A DNA stretch of 64,000 nt from Patescibacteria group bacterium (GCA_028688055.1 JAQTYZ010000001.1:178910-242909); one strand, 5' to 3'; positions 38,188-47,383 are shown, counted from the stretch's first letter. Notes: generated by a model not told the origin, from the letters alone. Numbers and translations: made by a program.

Positions 38188-39294
38188 ATGGCTAAAGATT
38201 ATTACGACATTTTAGGTGTTACTAAAACCTCCAGTCCAGATGAACTAAAAAAGGCCTATTACAAGTTGGCGCACAAATATCATCCGCATAAAGGTGGCAC
38301 GGAATCGAATGAAGCTAAGATGAAGGAAGTTAATGAAGCATATAGCGTTCTAGGTAACCCGCAGAAAAAAGAGCAATACGACAAATACGGCCAGACTTTT
38401 GATCGGTCGCAGGGTCAGGGTCAGTCTTCGGGCTTTGGCGGTTTTAATGATTTTTCGGATTTCGCTCAAGCTTATCGCAGTGGACAAGGTAGCCAAAACG
38501 GACAAAATTTTTCGTTTGACTTTGGCGACTTGGGTGATATGTTTGGTGATATGTTTGGTGGTCGTTCGCGAGCGGCAACTCAACAAAACGGCGGTGATAT
38601 TCAAGCCGAGTTAACTTTGAATTTTCGTGAAGCGGTTTTTGGCGTTGAGAAAAAAATCAGCCTTAGAAAAGCTGTCACTTGTAATCATTGTCATGGCGAC
38701 GGTGCTGAGCCGGGCTCAAAAGTTTCCGCTTGCCCAACTTGCGGCGGTCGTGGTCAAGTCGTACGCAATATTGGTTTTGGGATCGGCTTTCCGTCGGCGT
38801 GCCAAGCCTGTGAAGGCACGGGTAAAAAAATTGACAAGCACTGCAAAGAATGTCGCGGCCAAGGCGTGATCAAAGAGACCGAAGAAATTTTGGTTAAAAT
38901 TCCCGCCGGGATTGATAATGACCAAACCATCAGGTTGTCCGGTCAGGGCGAAGCCGGACTGAAAGGCGCCGCCGCTGGTGATTTATATATTAAAATTCGA
39001 GTCTTGCCGGAAATCGGTTTGAATCGTGATGGCGCTGATATTAGAACGGTGCAGCAAATCAGTTTTTCACAAGCGGCCCTTGGTGCTAAAATTGATGTTG
39101 AAACCCTGGACGGAATGGTGACGCTAAAAATTCCCGAAGGCACCCAGAGTGACAAAATTTTTCAAATTAAAGGTAAGGGCGTGCCACATTTGCAAGACAA
39201 AGGCCGGGGCGATCATTTAGTTAAAGTCGTTGTCAAAACGCCGACTAAATTAAATCGGCGACAACGCGAGCTGCTTGCCGAGCTCGATAAATAA
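38188..39294 (+). CDS. dnaJ: Chaperone DnaJ (class A) with HPH in place of HPD
   Basis: KDYYDILGV J-domain, G/F region, four CxxCxGxG repeats, C-terminal domain. Confidence 0.95.
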   Translation: MAKDYYDILGVTKTSSPDELKKAYYKLAHKYHPHKGGTESNEAKMKEVNEAYSVLGNPQKKEQYDKYGQTFDRSQGQGQSSGFGGFNDFSDFAQAYRSGQGSQNGQNFSFDFGDLGDMFGDMFGGRSRAATQQNGGDIQAELTLNFREAVFGVEKKISLRKAVTCNHCHGDGAEPGSKVSACPTCGGRGQVVRNIGFGIGFPSACQACEGTGKKIDKHCKECRGQGVIKETEEILVKIPAGIDNDQTIRLSGQGEAGLKGAAAGDLYIKIRVLPEIGLNRDGADIRTVQQISFSQAALGAKIDVETLDGMVTLKIPEGTQSDKIFQIKGKGVPHLQDKGRGDHLVKVVVKTPTKLNRRQRELLAELDK

Positions 39295-39302
39295 GGAGGT
39301 TT

Positions 39303-39923
39303 ATGAATTTTGAAACAGCGTCAACGTCGCTGATGGATTTGGCGAATAAGCTTGGTCAAAACCAGCCAGCAGCTAAACAGGCAGTCTCAACGGCGGCCAG
39401 TAGTGGTAATGATTTGTGGTCCAGTTTTTTGCATTTAAATTGGTCAACACCAACTTGGGATTTAATGATCCTGATTTTTTTTATTGTGGCGGTTTTAATT
39501 TACACTTTTGTCTTAGGCCGCGATCGCATTGTCGCGGTTTTAGTCAGTACTTATTTAGCGCTGGCGGTGGCGACTAATTTGCCGTTTATGGATAAAATTA
39601 CCGACCTGATCCATAATAATAATTTATTTAAATTTCAGGCTTCGTCATTTCTGGTGGTGTTTGTCCTGATATTTTTCTTAGCGTCGCGTGGCAGTTTAAT
39701 GTCGGGCTATTTTTCCGGCAGTTTGTGGCAAGTACTGATACTGTCAATTTTACAAATCGGATTGATGATTAGTATTATCTTTTCGTTTTTACCAGCCCAA
39801 TCTTTAAGTCATATTTCCGAATACACCAAAATAATTTTTACCAGCGACTTTGGTAAGTTTTGTTGGATTGTTTTGCCCATATTAGCGTTGGCCTTTTTTC
39901 GTGGCCGCCGCCACCGATTTTAA
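39303..39923 (+). CDS. Membrane protein of unknown function
   Basis: SD AAGGAGG; about five TM segments. Confidence 0.75.
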   Translation: MNFETASTSLMDLANKLGQNQPAAKQAVSTAASSGNDLWSSFLHLNWSTPTWDLMILIFFIVAVLIYTFVLGRDRIVAVLVSTYLALAVATNLPFMDKITDLIHNNNLFKFQASSFLVVFVLIFFLASRGSLMSGYFSGSLWQVLILSILQIGLMISIIFSFLPAQSLSHISEYTKIIFTSDFGKFCWIVLPILALAFFRGRRHRF

Positions 39924-40014
39924 GGTTGACTTTTCATTGTTTTTAAGGTTAAACTGACATAGTTTTTAATGACGTTTGCAATAAGCTATTGGCAATTTGC
40001 CAGTAACTAAATGT

Positions 40015-40086
40015 GGCCCGTTCGTCTAGTGGCTAGGACGCCAGGTTCTCATCCTGGTAACGGGAGTTCGATTCTCCCACGGGCTA
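40015..40086 (+). tRNA. tRNA-Glu(CTC), CCA not encoded
   Basis: Acceptor GGCCCGT/ACGGGCT; anticodon arm CCAGG-TTCTCAT-CCTGG; T-loop GTTCGATTC. Confidence 0.95.
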
Positions 40087-40100
40087 AAATCAAACCTAGT

Positions 40101-40883
40101 ATGTACCCTGATGAAGAACAATCTATTCCAGATGAGGCCAGAGAAAATGAGCATCCGCTATTAATTTCCCAAATCAATCCTGAGAACCGAGCTGAAGTAG
40201 CTCGGTATTATCAGTTTGAGATTGATCAAGGCTTCAGCGGTGTGAATCCAAATACAACTTTTGATAAGATGATTGATCTTCGTCAACGACAAATAGTTGA
40301 CGGCCAACTTAAAGTCGCGCGAGCCATGGAGGGTGACCAACTCGTTGCCACTAGTGTTGTTGTTTTAGAGAACGGGGCGATGGGTAAGGAAGTCAAACCA
40401 ACTGAAGCATATGCCGCCGGAACAGTTGTCTTGGATGATAAGCGAGGTCGCGGTATTGGTGAACGGATGGCCTCCGAACAGGATAATATTGCCCGAGCTG
40501 CAGGTAAGGAATCCATTCTAACAGTTATTGCAAATTATAATTCTCCGAGTATGCGTTTACGGATGAGTGTCGGCTATGTGTTGGAAGGAATTAATGAATA
40601 CCCAGGTGGGATTGATTATGCGTTCAGAAAAAATTTAATTAAGGAACAAGATGCCCCTGTCAATTGGGTGGATGAATTGAGGGGTGGCAGAGTCAGTGAA
40701 ACGGATAAGACAATTAGCGATTCCAGCCCAGAGCAAATTATTATTGACCCTGCGGATGATGTGCTGGTCAAAGAGGCATTGGAAAACGGCTATCGTGGGT
40801 TACACTTATTACGACCCCAAGATTTTGGCGATAAGCCATTGATCGACAAAAATATGATTGTTTTCTCCCGAGAAAGGTTATAG
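40101..40883 (+). CDS. GNAT family acetyltransferase
   Basis: VVLDDKRGRGIG acetyl-CoA motif and NSPSMRL; ATG 40101. Confidence 0.8.
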   Translation: MYPDEEQSIPDEARENEHPLLISQINPENRAEVARYYQFEIDQGFSGVNPNTTFDKMIDLRQRQIVDGQLKVARAMEGDQLVATSVVVLENGAMGKEVKPTEAYAAGTVVLDDKRGRGIGERMASEQDNIARAAGKESILTVIANYNSPSMRLRMSVGYVLEGINEYPGGIDYAFRKNLIKEQDAPVNWVDELRGGRVSETDKTISDSSPEQIIIDPADDVLVKEALENGYRGLHLLRPQDFGDKPLIDKNMIVFSRERL

Positions 40884-40890
40884 CGGCAGG

Positions 40891-40911
40891 CGATTCTCCC
40901 ACAGGCTGCCA
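40891..40911 (+). repeat. Direct repeat of the tRNA-Glu 3' end (att-like scar)
   Basis: CGATTCTCCCACAGGCTGCCA versus tRNA 40069-40086 CGATTCTCCCACGGGCTA. Confidence 0.85.
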
Positions 40912-40979
40912 TCTATACTTTTCAACTAACTTAAGGGAGAGGCATAATATAATTTTATTTATACAAATTTTTTTAAGTT

Positions 40980-42572
40980 ATGACTATCGAAAAAAAAGAT
41001 TTAGAAAAAATAATTCAGGACATTCAAGTAGGAAATTCTGTTGCTGAAAATGATTTTTTGCTCGATGACGCTAGGGTTGATACCCCAATTTTTTTAGATG
41101 TTTGGAATGATAAATACGATATTATTCCTGGGAGAAAGGGTGCTGGTAAAACTGCTATGTTTAAAATTTTATCCAGTCTATCAGATTTTATTTTAAGAGA
41201 TAGAAGAATAGTTATACTAACTGGAGTTGATACAGCGGGTGAACCTGTTTTTAATGAGTTCAAGAATGATTTTGATAAATTTTCGGAAGATGACTTTGAA
41301 AATTTTTGGAAACTATATTTTGTTGCTTTAATTTATAATGATTTTATTAAGAATGATAAATTTGAAGCTGGGCTCTCAAATTGTGCTTCTGAGATATTTG
41401 ATTTTAAAAAAAAATGTGAGCAGGTTGGTATTCCCGAAATACCTGCGATACAGGACAAGAAGCAAATAATTAAATGGATATTAAATAGATTTCCTGCTAT
41501 AAAAAAAGTCAAAACTAGTACCGTAGCAGATATTCAAAATCCAACACTTATAGTTCAATCACTTGAGCTAGAGTTCAAAGATAAAGAACCTCTAAGGAAA
41601 TCAGCAAACACGCAGCCACCTCTTTATGTTAAATATATTGGGCAGTCTATTGGTAAGATCTTAAACAAGAGCAATTATGGAATATGGATAATCCTTGATA
41701 GACTGGATGAAGTTTTTTCAAGGTATAGTTCAACTGAATTTAATGGACTAAGGGGTCTTTTGAAAGCATATAAAAGTTTTGATTTAGGAAGTGAAAATAA
41801 ATTTAGGATTAAAATTTTTTTAAGAGATGATATTAAATTTTTTTTAACCGACGCAAAAATTTACAAAAAATTTTTTGGGAAGAGGCATATACCACCGTTG
41901 TCGGCTGCCACGCACATATTTTCAAGGGAATCACAAACTTTGAGTTGGTCTATTGATGAGATAGAGCAGTTAATTTTGAATAGACTTCTTTTAAGTATTG
42001 ATTTATTAGAATATTTAGGCATCACTAGAAGGGAAAATAACTTATCAAAAGATGCAATAAAAGATACTGTTAGCCAAACACTCAGAATTAAGAAAAAAAG
42101 ATCAGAGTATTGGGATAAAATATTCCCGAAAAAAATTCAATCTACGGACTCCTTAAAATGGATTTTTACACGCTTGTCTGATTCTAATGGGATTGTAACT
42201 CCTAGGTCTGTGATTGACTTACTTGAAGCATCATTAATGCATCTAAAAAAGAAAGCATTGATAGATTTTGAAGATCAAAGTCATATTTTTACACAGGATT
42301 CTTTAAAGGAGGGTATGGATATAGCCTCAAAATACAAGCTGGAGAGAGATATCTATAATGAGTTTCCACGTGAGCAACAAAATATTAAGAAATTGACTGA
42401 TGGTAAACCAAAATTAAGCAGAAAAGATCTTAAAGAACTTTACGGCGACGATTGGGAGTCGGTTTTAGAAAGTCTAAAGAGAATAGGGATATTGAAGTAT
42501 ATAAAAAGTTCAAATTTATACTCAGTGGTTTTTTTATATAGGCCAGGTCTTGGTATCATATATAAATATTAG
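40980..42572 (+). CDS. P-loop ATPase (Sll1717/FunZ-like), AT-rich
   Basis: VAEND, GRKGAGKT Walker A, ILDRLDE Walker B, IFLRDDI, TPRSVI. Confidence 0.8.
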   Translation: MTIEKKDLEKIIQDIQVGNSVAENDFLLDDARVDTPIFLDVWNDKYDIIPGRKGAGKTAMFKILSSLSDFILRDRRIVILTGVDTAGEPVFNEFKNDFDKFSEDDFENFWKLYFVALIYNDFIKNDKFEAGLSNCASEIFDFKKKCEQVGIPEIPAIQDKKQIIKWILNRFPAIKKVKTSTVADIQNPTLIVQSLELEFKDKEPLRKSANTQPPLYVKYIGQSIGKILNKSNYGIWIILDRLDEVFSRYSSTEFNGLRGLLKAYKSFDLGSENKFRIKIFLRDDIKFFLTDAKIYKKFFGKRHIPPLSAATHIFSRESQTLSWSIDEIEQLILNRLLLSIDLLEYLGITRRENNLSKDAIKDTVSQTLRIKKKRSEYWDKIFPKKIQSTDSLKWIFTRLSDSNGIVTPRSVIDLLEASLMHLKKKALIDFEDQSHIFTQDSLKEGMDIASKYKLERDIYNEFPREQQNIKKLTDGKPKLSRKDLKELYGDDWESVLESLKRIGILKYIKSSNLYSVVFLYRPGLGIIYKY

Positions 42573-42642
42573 TCTCATCGAATTAATATTGCTTTAAAAT
42601 TGCGAGTGAAAAATAGTGGTAAACGTCATAAATTTTAACGCT

Positions 42643-42670
42643 AAGCTGCTCCTCACGGAGCGGCTTTTTT
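42643..42670 (+). terminator. Intrinsic terminator
   Basis: AAGCTGCTCC-TCAC-GGAGCGGCTT plus T tract. Confidence 0.75.
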
Positions 42671-42757
42671 GACTAAACCTTGACATCACTCAAAAAACCC
42701 TGTATGATAAACTTTTGTCTATGTTCTTTAGTTTACCAAGGAAGGGGAAACGAGCGG

Positions 42758-43081
42758 ATGTTGAAATCGTTTTTGGCAAGAGCCGGTCTTGGCAGGAAGC
42801 AAAAACCGAAACAGTATCCCAGGCTAATGAGTCATGCAGGAGGGGGACCAACTAGGCTTATACTAACGCCGTTACAGCTTAATACCAGCAATGTTATGGG
42901 TCTTCATTCAAGAATTCACGGCGATTTTTCCGGTTTAAGCGGCGATGTTAGCGGTTTGGTTGGAAACGTTAGTGCTGAACTGTTTGGCAACGCCAGTGGC
43001 ATCTGGGGAAGAGTTGATCACCTGTCTGGTGATATTCGAATCTTAGCAAGCCAAGGAGAGAATCCTGTCCAGTACGGATAA
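42758..43081 (+). CDS. Hypothetical protein with 7-residue G-x-x-S-G-L-x repeats
   Basis: Promoter TTGACA(42680)-17-TATGAT; purine-rich SD; terminator 43111-43145. Confidence 0.6.
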   Translation: MLKSFLARAGLGRKQKPKQYPRLMSHAGGGPTRLILTPLQLNTSNVMGLHSRIHGDFSGLSGDVSGLVGNVSAELFGNASGIWGRVDHLSGDIRILASQGENPVQYG

Positions 43082-43179
43082 GGAAAGCGCTCAGAAAAAT
43101 ATCTAGCGTCGCCCAGTCCACGTTATTAAGTGGCTGGGTTTTTTTAAATTAAATATTTAATATGTTATTATTAAAAATA

Positions 43180-43884
43180 ATGAAAGTGAATATCAGTGGT
43201 AAAATTTTTGATAAATTCCCCGGTGCCATTTTAGGTTTGGTTAAAGTTAATAAAATTGATAACACAAAAAAATATCCCGAAATTACAAAATTATTGCGAG
43301 TGGCCGAAAGTAGGGTTAGGAATATTTTTGAAACAACAGAAAAAATTGGTTCGCATCCGGCGGTTAGTTCGTGGCGCAAAGCTTATCGGACTTTCGGTTC
43401 TGACCCACACGAATATCGCTGTTCAATTGAAGCGCTGTTGCGTCGCGTCGTGAAAGGCGGGGAAGTGCCAGCGATAAATCCGTTAGTTGATTTGTATAAT
43501 TATATTTCCTTAAAGTATCTAATGCCGGTTGGGGGCGAAGATTTAAATATGGTTAAGGGTGGTATTATTTTGGATTTTGCCACTGGCTCAGAAAATTTTA
43601 TTAGACTTGGTGGCACGGCTAATGAGCCGCCTGATGCTGGTGAAGTAATCTATCGCGATGAAGTCGGCGTTATGTGTCGCCGCTGGAATTGGCGCGAAGC
43701 TGACCGGACCAAATTAACCAACCAGACAACGGAAGCAATCATTGTGGTTGAGGCCTTGCCGCCGGTGGCCAAAAGCGAAGTCGAAGCGGCGACTACTGAA
43801 TTTTGTGAAATCCTGAAAAATATTTGTGGCGTTAGCAGTACAATTTTTTTGCTTGACGCAAGTCGGCCGACTATTGAGTTATAA
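43180..43884 (+). CDS. Stand-alone B3/B4 (PheRS beta editing-like) domain protein
   Basis: SIEALLRR, INPLVDLYNYIS, GGED, CRRWNWRE. Confidence 0.9.
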   Translation: MKVNISGKIFDKFPGAILGLVKVNKIDNTKKYPEITKLLRVAESRVRNIFETTEKIGSHPAVSSWRKAYRTFGSDPHEYRCSIEALLRRVVKGGEVPAINPLVDLYNYISLKYLMPVGGEDLNMVKGGIILDFATGSENFIRLGGTANEPPDAGEVIYRDEVGVMCRRWNWREADRTKLTNQTTEAIIVVEALPPVAKSEVEAATTEFCEILKNICGVSSTIFLLDASRPTIEL

Positions 43885-43931
43885 TTTGTAATAAAGTAAT
43901 GATAATTTCGTCCTCTTTAGTAGATGTCATT

Positions 43932-43952
43932 AATTGAAATAAAATTTCAATT
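43932..43952. promoter_or_regulatory. Palindromic candidate operator
   Basis: AATTGAAAT-AAA-ATTTCAATT upstream of the FMN-binding operon. Confidence 0.45.
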
Positions 43953-44043
43953 TTAGCGTAATATCTAGTGTCGGGTAGTTTAATTATTTATTGCTTAAAT
44001 AAGCCAAAAATTGGCCGAAGATGACTGCAGAAAATAAAATAAT

Positions 44044-44631
44044 ATGAGGAAATTGTTGTTATCTTTTTTTATAACCGGCGCTTTTGGCGCTTATATTGTT
44101 TCGCAAAAAATAAATCCGGATAAATTTGTCGTGCCAGTTTCGGTCAATACAAGTCAGAATAATGCTAACTCCAATATTGCTGATTCATTACCATCCAATG
44201 CCAAGGCTCCAACAACTTCAACGCCGACACCCGCTAAACCGACCCCGACGGCGGTTAATACCAACACTAACACCAGACCAGGAAACGGGATGATGAATGG
44301 TAATGGAATGGGTAGTGGTTCCGGTGCGGGGATGATGAATCAGGGTAAATTCAAAGACGGTAGTTATGTTGGCCCAGCGGCTGACGCTTATTATGGTTAC
44401 ATCCAGGTTAAGGCCATTGTCAGCGGTGGCAAGCTAACCGACGTTCAATTTTTGCAATATCCCAACGACCGTTCAACGTCGCAATCCATTAATCAGCAGG
44501 CGACGCCATATCTTCGCAGCGAAGCGATTGCCGCCCAAAGCGCTAATGTTAATATTATTTCGGGTGCGACTGACACCAGTATGGCCTTCCGCGAATCGCT
44601 GGCCAGTGCCTTGGCCCAGGCTGCCAATTAA
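44044..44631 (+). CDS. Extracytoplasmic FMN-binding protein
   Basis: Signal/TM, P/T/N/G-rich linker, FKDGSYVG, flavinylation motif ISGATDTS. Confidence 0.9.
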   Translation: MRKLLLSFFITGAFGAYIVSQKINPDKFVVPVSVNTSQNNANSNIADSLPSNAKAPTTSTPTPAKPTPTAVNTNTNTRPGNGMMNGNGMGSGSGAGMMNQGKFKDGSYVGPAADAYYGYIQVKAIVSGGKLTDVQFLQYPNDRSTSQSINQQATPYLRSEAIAAQSANVNIISGATDTSMAFRESLASALAQAAN

Positions 44632-44634
44632 AAT

Positions 44635-45378
44635 ATGAAACAACAGCAAGACATTATGGGAATGCCGATAACGGTTGAAGTTGTCGGTCGCGACGACGCC
44701 GCGGTATTAATCAAAAAAGTTTTTGATTATTTTAAGGATGTTGACGAAAAGTTTAGTCCGTTTAAGTCGCAAAGCGAAGTCACTAAAATTAATAATGGTG
44801 AAATTTTTCCCGGCGAATACAGTGACGAGATGAAACAAGTTTTGGACTTGACCGAAAAAACCTGGCGCGAAACGAATGGTTATTTTGAGGTTGTTTTTAA
44901 TGGTCAGTTTAACCCCTCCGGCTTAGTCAAAGGCTGGGCGATTCAAAATGCGGCTCAAATACTGCGCCGGGCCGGGGTAAAAAATTTTTATATCAATGCC
45001 GGCGGCGACATTGAGGTTGGCGGGAAAAATGAGGCTGACCAGACTTGGTCAGTCGGCATTAGGAATCCGTTTGCCCAAGATAAGGTTGCCAAGATTGTTT
45101 ATACCGCTGGTGGTGGCATCGCGACCTCGGGCACTTATTTGCGCGGTGAGCATATTTATAATCCAAAAAACGGCGCGGCGGTTAATGAGATTGTCAGTCT
45201 GACTGTCATCGGACCAAATATTTTTGACGCCGATCGTTATGCGACCGCCGCGTTTGCGATGGGTAAAAAAGCCATTGAATTTATCGAAAAATTAATTGGC
45301 TTTGAAGGCTATATGATTGACACTCAAGGCATCGGAACGATGACTAGCGGTTTTGATAAATATAGTATCAAGCAATGA
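44635..45378 (+). CDS. apbE: FAD:protein FMN transferase
   Basis: MGM, SGLVKGWA, INAGGD, ATSGTYLRGEHI, ADRYATA. Confidence 0.92.
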   Translation: MKQQQDIMGMPITVEVVGRDDAAVLIKKVFDYFKDVDEKFSPFKSQSEVTKINNGEIFPGEYSDEMKQVLDLTEKTWRETNGYFEVVFNGQFNPSGLVKGWAIQNAAQILRRAGVKNFYINAGGDIEVGGKNEADQTWSVGIRNPFAQDKVAKIVYTAGGGIATSGTYLRGEHIYNPKNGAAVNEIVSLTVIGPNIFDADRYATAAFAMGKKAIEFIEKLIGFEGYMIDTQGIGTMTSGFDKYSIKQ

Positions 45379-46892
45379 TTCACTGGATCGATGAGTTTTT
45401 AAATCAAATCACGATGTACCGGCTGGTTTTATATTATTTGATTTGTCTCTGGTTGCTAGCTTTGGTTTTTAGTTTGTTTGGAATTTTGCCGTTTACGCCA
45501 GTAGTGATGATTATATCGCTGGTGGTTATTTTGTCGGTTTCCTGGGCGGTTAATAACATTTTTGCGTGGGCATTTCGAGCGGTACCGAATGTGGAATCAA
45601 TTTATATTACGGTTATGATCTTGGCCTTGATTATTACGCCTAGTTCAGGTTCGAATAATTATATCTTTATGGGCTGGGCGGCCGTTTGGGCGATGGCATC
45701 AAAGTATATGATGGCGGTGAAAAAGAAGCATCTATTCAATCCAGCCGCTTTTGCCGTTGTTTTAACGGCTTTGACTTTAGGCCAAGGCGCTAGTTGGTGG
45801 ATCGGTACGACAATTATGATGCCTTTTGTGACCATTGGTGGCATGCTAATTGTTCGAAAAATTATTCGCACCGACTTGGCTTTAAGTTTTGCGCTAACGG
45901 CCGCTGTCACCATTATTGTTGGTAGCCTTATTAAGGGAACGAGTCTTTTGGTGACAGTCGAAAGAATCGTGCTTTATTCACCGTGGCTGTTTTTTACTTT
46001 TATCATGATCACTGAGCCGCTAACCACGCCACCGAGCCGAAAATTAAGGATTATGTATGGTGTCTTAGTCGGTTTTTTATTTTCGCCGCAAATTCATATT
46101 TTGGGACTATACTCGACACCGGAATTGGCGCTGTTGGTTGGCAACGTGTTTGTTTATTTTGTCAGTCCAAAGGTCAAAGCGATGTTGACCTTAAAAAAAG
46201 TTGATCAGTTAACTAGCGATACCGCGGAATTTATTTTTAGTTCTGATTCACCAGTTAAATTTACGCCCGGTCAATATTTAGAATGGACTGTTGGTCATAG
46301 CTGGCCGGATAATCGTGGCAACCGCCGCTATTTTACGCTGGCTTCCTCGCCGACTGAAGCGGAGGTGAAGGTGGGAATTAAATTTAGCCGCGAATCTAGT
46401 AGTTATAAAAGAGCCCTGCTGGCTTTAAACCCTGGCGACCAAATTACCGTTGGTCAGCTGGCTGGCGATTTTGTTCTCCCGGCCAATGGAAAAGAAAAAT
46501 TAGTATTTATTGCCGGCGGGATTGGCATTACACCGTTCAAAAGTATGATTCAATATCTGAATGATACTGGTGCCAGTCGCGACGCGATTCTAATCTATGC
46601 CAATAAAACCCAGGATGATATTGCCTACAAAAATTACTTTGATCAAATGGGGCAAAAATTAAATATCAAAATGGTTTACACTTTGACTGACAAAACTGTG
46701 TCAACCTCGTGGACGGGTGAGCGTGGCTATATCAATGAACGATTAATCTCTGCGCAGGTGCCGGATTTTAAAGAAAGAATTTTTTATATTTCCGGCCCGC
46801 ATTCAATGGTGATTGCGGCCCGAGATTCATTGCGACGCCTCGGCGTCCGGAGCACTAAAATTGTCACTGATTTTTTCCCAGGTTTTGCTTAA
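45375..46892 (+). CDS. RnfD/NqrB-like membrane domain fused to an FNR-type FAD/NAD(P)H oxidoreductase
   Basis: KHLFNPAA, MITEPLTTP; C-terminal RRYFTLAS, AGGIGITPF, YISGP. Confidence 0.88.
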   Translation: MIHWIDEFLNQITMYRLVLYYLICLWLLALVFSLFGILPFTPVVMIISLVVILSVSWAVNNIFAWAFRAVPNVESIYITVMILALIITPSSGSNNYIFMGWAAVWAMASKYMMAVKKKHLFNPAAFAVVLTALTLGQGASWWIGTTIMMPFVTIGGMLIVRKIIRTDLALSFALTAAVTIIVGSLIKGTSLLVTVERIVLYSPWLFFTFIMITEPLTTPPSRKLRIMYGVLVGFLFSPQIHILGLYSTPELALLVGNVFVYFVSPKVKAMLTLKKVDQLTSDTAEFIFSSDSPVKFTPGQYLEWTVGHSWPDNRGNRRYFTLASSPTEAEVKVGIKFSRESSSYKRALLALNPGDQITVGQLAGDFVLPANGKEKLVFIAGGIGITPFKSMIQYLNDTGASRDAILIYANKTQDDIAYKNYFDQMGQKLNIKMVYTLTDKTVSTSWTGERGYINERLISAQVPDFKERIFYISGPHSMVIAARDSLRRLGVRSTKIVTDFFPGFA

Positions 46893-46969
46893 GGTGGTTT
46901 GAAAGAAAAGGGTCTGGCGTGCGTAGTAATGGTTATAGGGCCTATACTTAAGAACTAACAAAGTAAACC

Positions 46970-47383
46970 ATGAACAAAAAAATGAAATTATTCGCTGTCA
47001 TGTTGTCAGTCCTTGCCACCACGGCTCTGGTGAGTGGCATTACCTTAGCGGCAACCACCAATAGTAAGTCAGGTGATCTGCCGCCGCCGCTTCATCGTAA
47101 TCTAAAAAACGACATTGCTAACAACGATTATAATGCTTGGTCGCAGGAGATGACGCGGCAGGTAACTGACTTAAGACAACGAGCGACAGACTTAGAATCT
47201 AAAATAAATCAGGCTACCTTTGATAAGTTGAAACAGGCGCATGAACTAATGCAGTCAGGCGATAGAACAGGAGCACAGCAGATATTTGATGAGCTTGGGA
47301 TCGGCGGACCACGTCATGGCTTAATGGGTTTTAAAGGCCATTTCCATGGACCGAAGCCGGATATAACCACCCAAAGCAATTAA
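46970..47383 (+). CDS. Secreted hypothetical protein
   Basis: Signal peptide; helical; terminator 47398-47430. Confidence 0.7.
   Translation: MNKKMKLFAVMLSVLATTALVSGITLAATTNSKSGDLPPPLHRNLKNDIANNDYNAWSQEMTRQVTDLRQRATDLESKINQATFDKLKQAHELMQSGDRTGAQQIFDELGIGGPRHGLMGFKGHFHGPKPDITTQSN

Noticed and set aside
40011-40100. N-terminal extension of the GNAT ORF
   Set aside because: It overlaps tRNA-Glu; the real start is probably 40101.
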